DNA of 19,522 nt from Octopus sinensis (lineage: Eukaryota), in assembly GCF_006345805.1 (NCBI RefSeq), contig NW_021824333.1:1-19522 (forward strand), given 5' to 3'. The notes beneath the pieces are model-generated. The model saw only the letters and a program-made list of their open reading frames with translations, did no database searches and was not told the origin of the DNA. The first letter of the stretch is position 1; each line of letters begins with the position of its first letter. Position numbers and translations under genes: made by a program. Below are positions 18,700 through 19,522 of the stretch, one piece after another.

Positions 18700-19190
18700 A
18701 GCGAACCATCCGATCATGGCCGTTCCCAGCTCCGCCCCGAGTGGCCTCCGTGCTGGTGGCACGTAAAAAGCACCATCCGATCATGGCCGTTGCCAGCCTT
18801 TCCTGGCCCCCATGCCAGTGGCACGTAAAAAGCACCACCCGACAGTGGCCGTTGCCAGCGCCGCCCTGACTGGCCTCCGTGCCGGTGGCACATAAAAAGC
18901 ACTATCCAATCGTGGCCATTGCCAGCCTCGCCCGGCCCCCGTGCCGGTGGCATGTAAAAAGCACCATCCGTCCGTTGCCATTTGCCAGCCCTGTCTCACA
19001 CCTGTGTGGGTGGCACGTAAAAAGCACCCACTACACTCATAGAGTGGTTGGCGTTAGGAAGGGCATCCAGCCGTAGAAACACTGCCAGATCAGACTGGGC
19101 CTGGTGCAGACTTCTGGCTTCCCAGACCCCAGTTGAACCGTCCAACCCATGCTAGCATGGAAAGCGGACGCTAAATGATGATGATGATAT
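18700..19190 (+). mobile_element. Family C element with an internal minisatellite and (GAT)n tail
   Basis: Repeat units start at 18705, 18772, 18834, 18901 and 18963, followed by the GGAAGGGCATCCAG...GGACGCTAAATGATGATGAT tail. Confidence 0.85.
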
Positions 19191-19208
19191 ATATATATAT
19201 ATATATAT

Positions 19209-19401
19209 TTTCTTTACTACCCACAAGGGGCAAAACACAGAGGGGACAAACAAGGACAGACAAACGGATTAAGTCGATTACATCGACGCCAGTGTGTAAC
19301 TGGTACTTAATTTATCGACGCTGAAAGGCAAAGTCAACCTCAGCGGAATTTGAAATCAGAACCTAACGGCAGACGAAATACGGCTATGCATTTCACCCGG
19401 C

Positions 19402-19402
<1 letters not shown>
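19209..19402 (-). mobile_element. SINE family B, 5'-truncated at (TA)n
   Basis: Matches 2657-2880. Confidence 0.85.
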
Positions 19403-19435
<33 letters not shown>

Positions 19436-19469
19436 GCATCACACATACATATATATATATATATGTACA

Positions 19470-19522
19470 TATCATCATCACTATCGTTTAACATCTGCTT
19501 TCCATTCTGGCATAGGTTGGAC
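19470..19522 (-). mobile_element. Degenerate family C tail running off the window edge
   Basis: (CAT)n followed by CGTTTAACATCTGCTTTCCATTCTGGCATAGGTTGGAC, resembling the reverse complement of the family C end. Confidence 0.6.

Overview
AT-rich, repeat-saturated eukaryotic non-coding DNA with no recognisable host exon. The repeat families look like those I recall from Octopus (cephalopod) genomes; this assignment is inference, not verified. Almost every ORF in the track is a spurious reading of SINEs or microsatellites. The real coding remnants are all from transposons: an RTE-clade LINE endonuclease N-terminus (~185-460, -), a Tigger/pogo-like transposase C-terminus split by SINEs (4554-6400, +), a Penelope-like element (PLE) thumb/linker plus GIY-YIG endonuclease with only two 1-nt frameshifts (~13825-14632, -), and an RTE 3' end with a (CAAGT)n tail and 13-bp TSD inserted in a SINE B box (17183-17649, -). 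At least four tRNA-headed SINE families, a non-autonomous Helitron and several MITE-like elements are also present. The most interesting feature is 7221-8090: a ~360-nt structured monomer in tandem and inverted copies inside a (TA)n tract. It carries a minimal type I hammerhead ribozyme with a covariant U3-A8 core (UUGAAAA), which fits a retrozyme or Penelope pseudo-LTR. Further degenerate hammerhead-like motifs at 12371-12465 and 12718-12762, and a recurrent AT-rich repeat fused to the PLE ORF, suggest a local autonomous/non-autonomous Penelope-ribozyme system. Single-base indels between copies mean assembly artefacts must be excluded.
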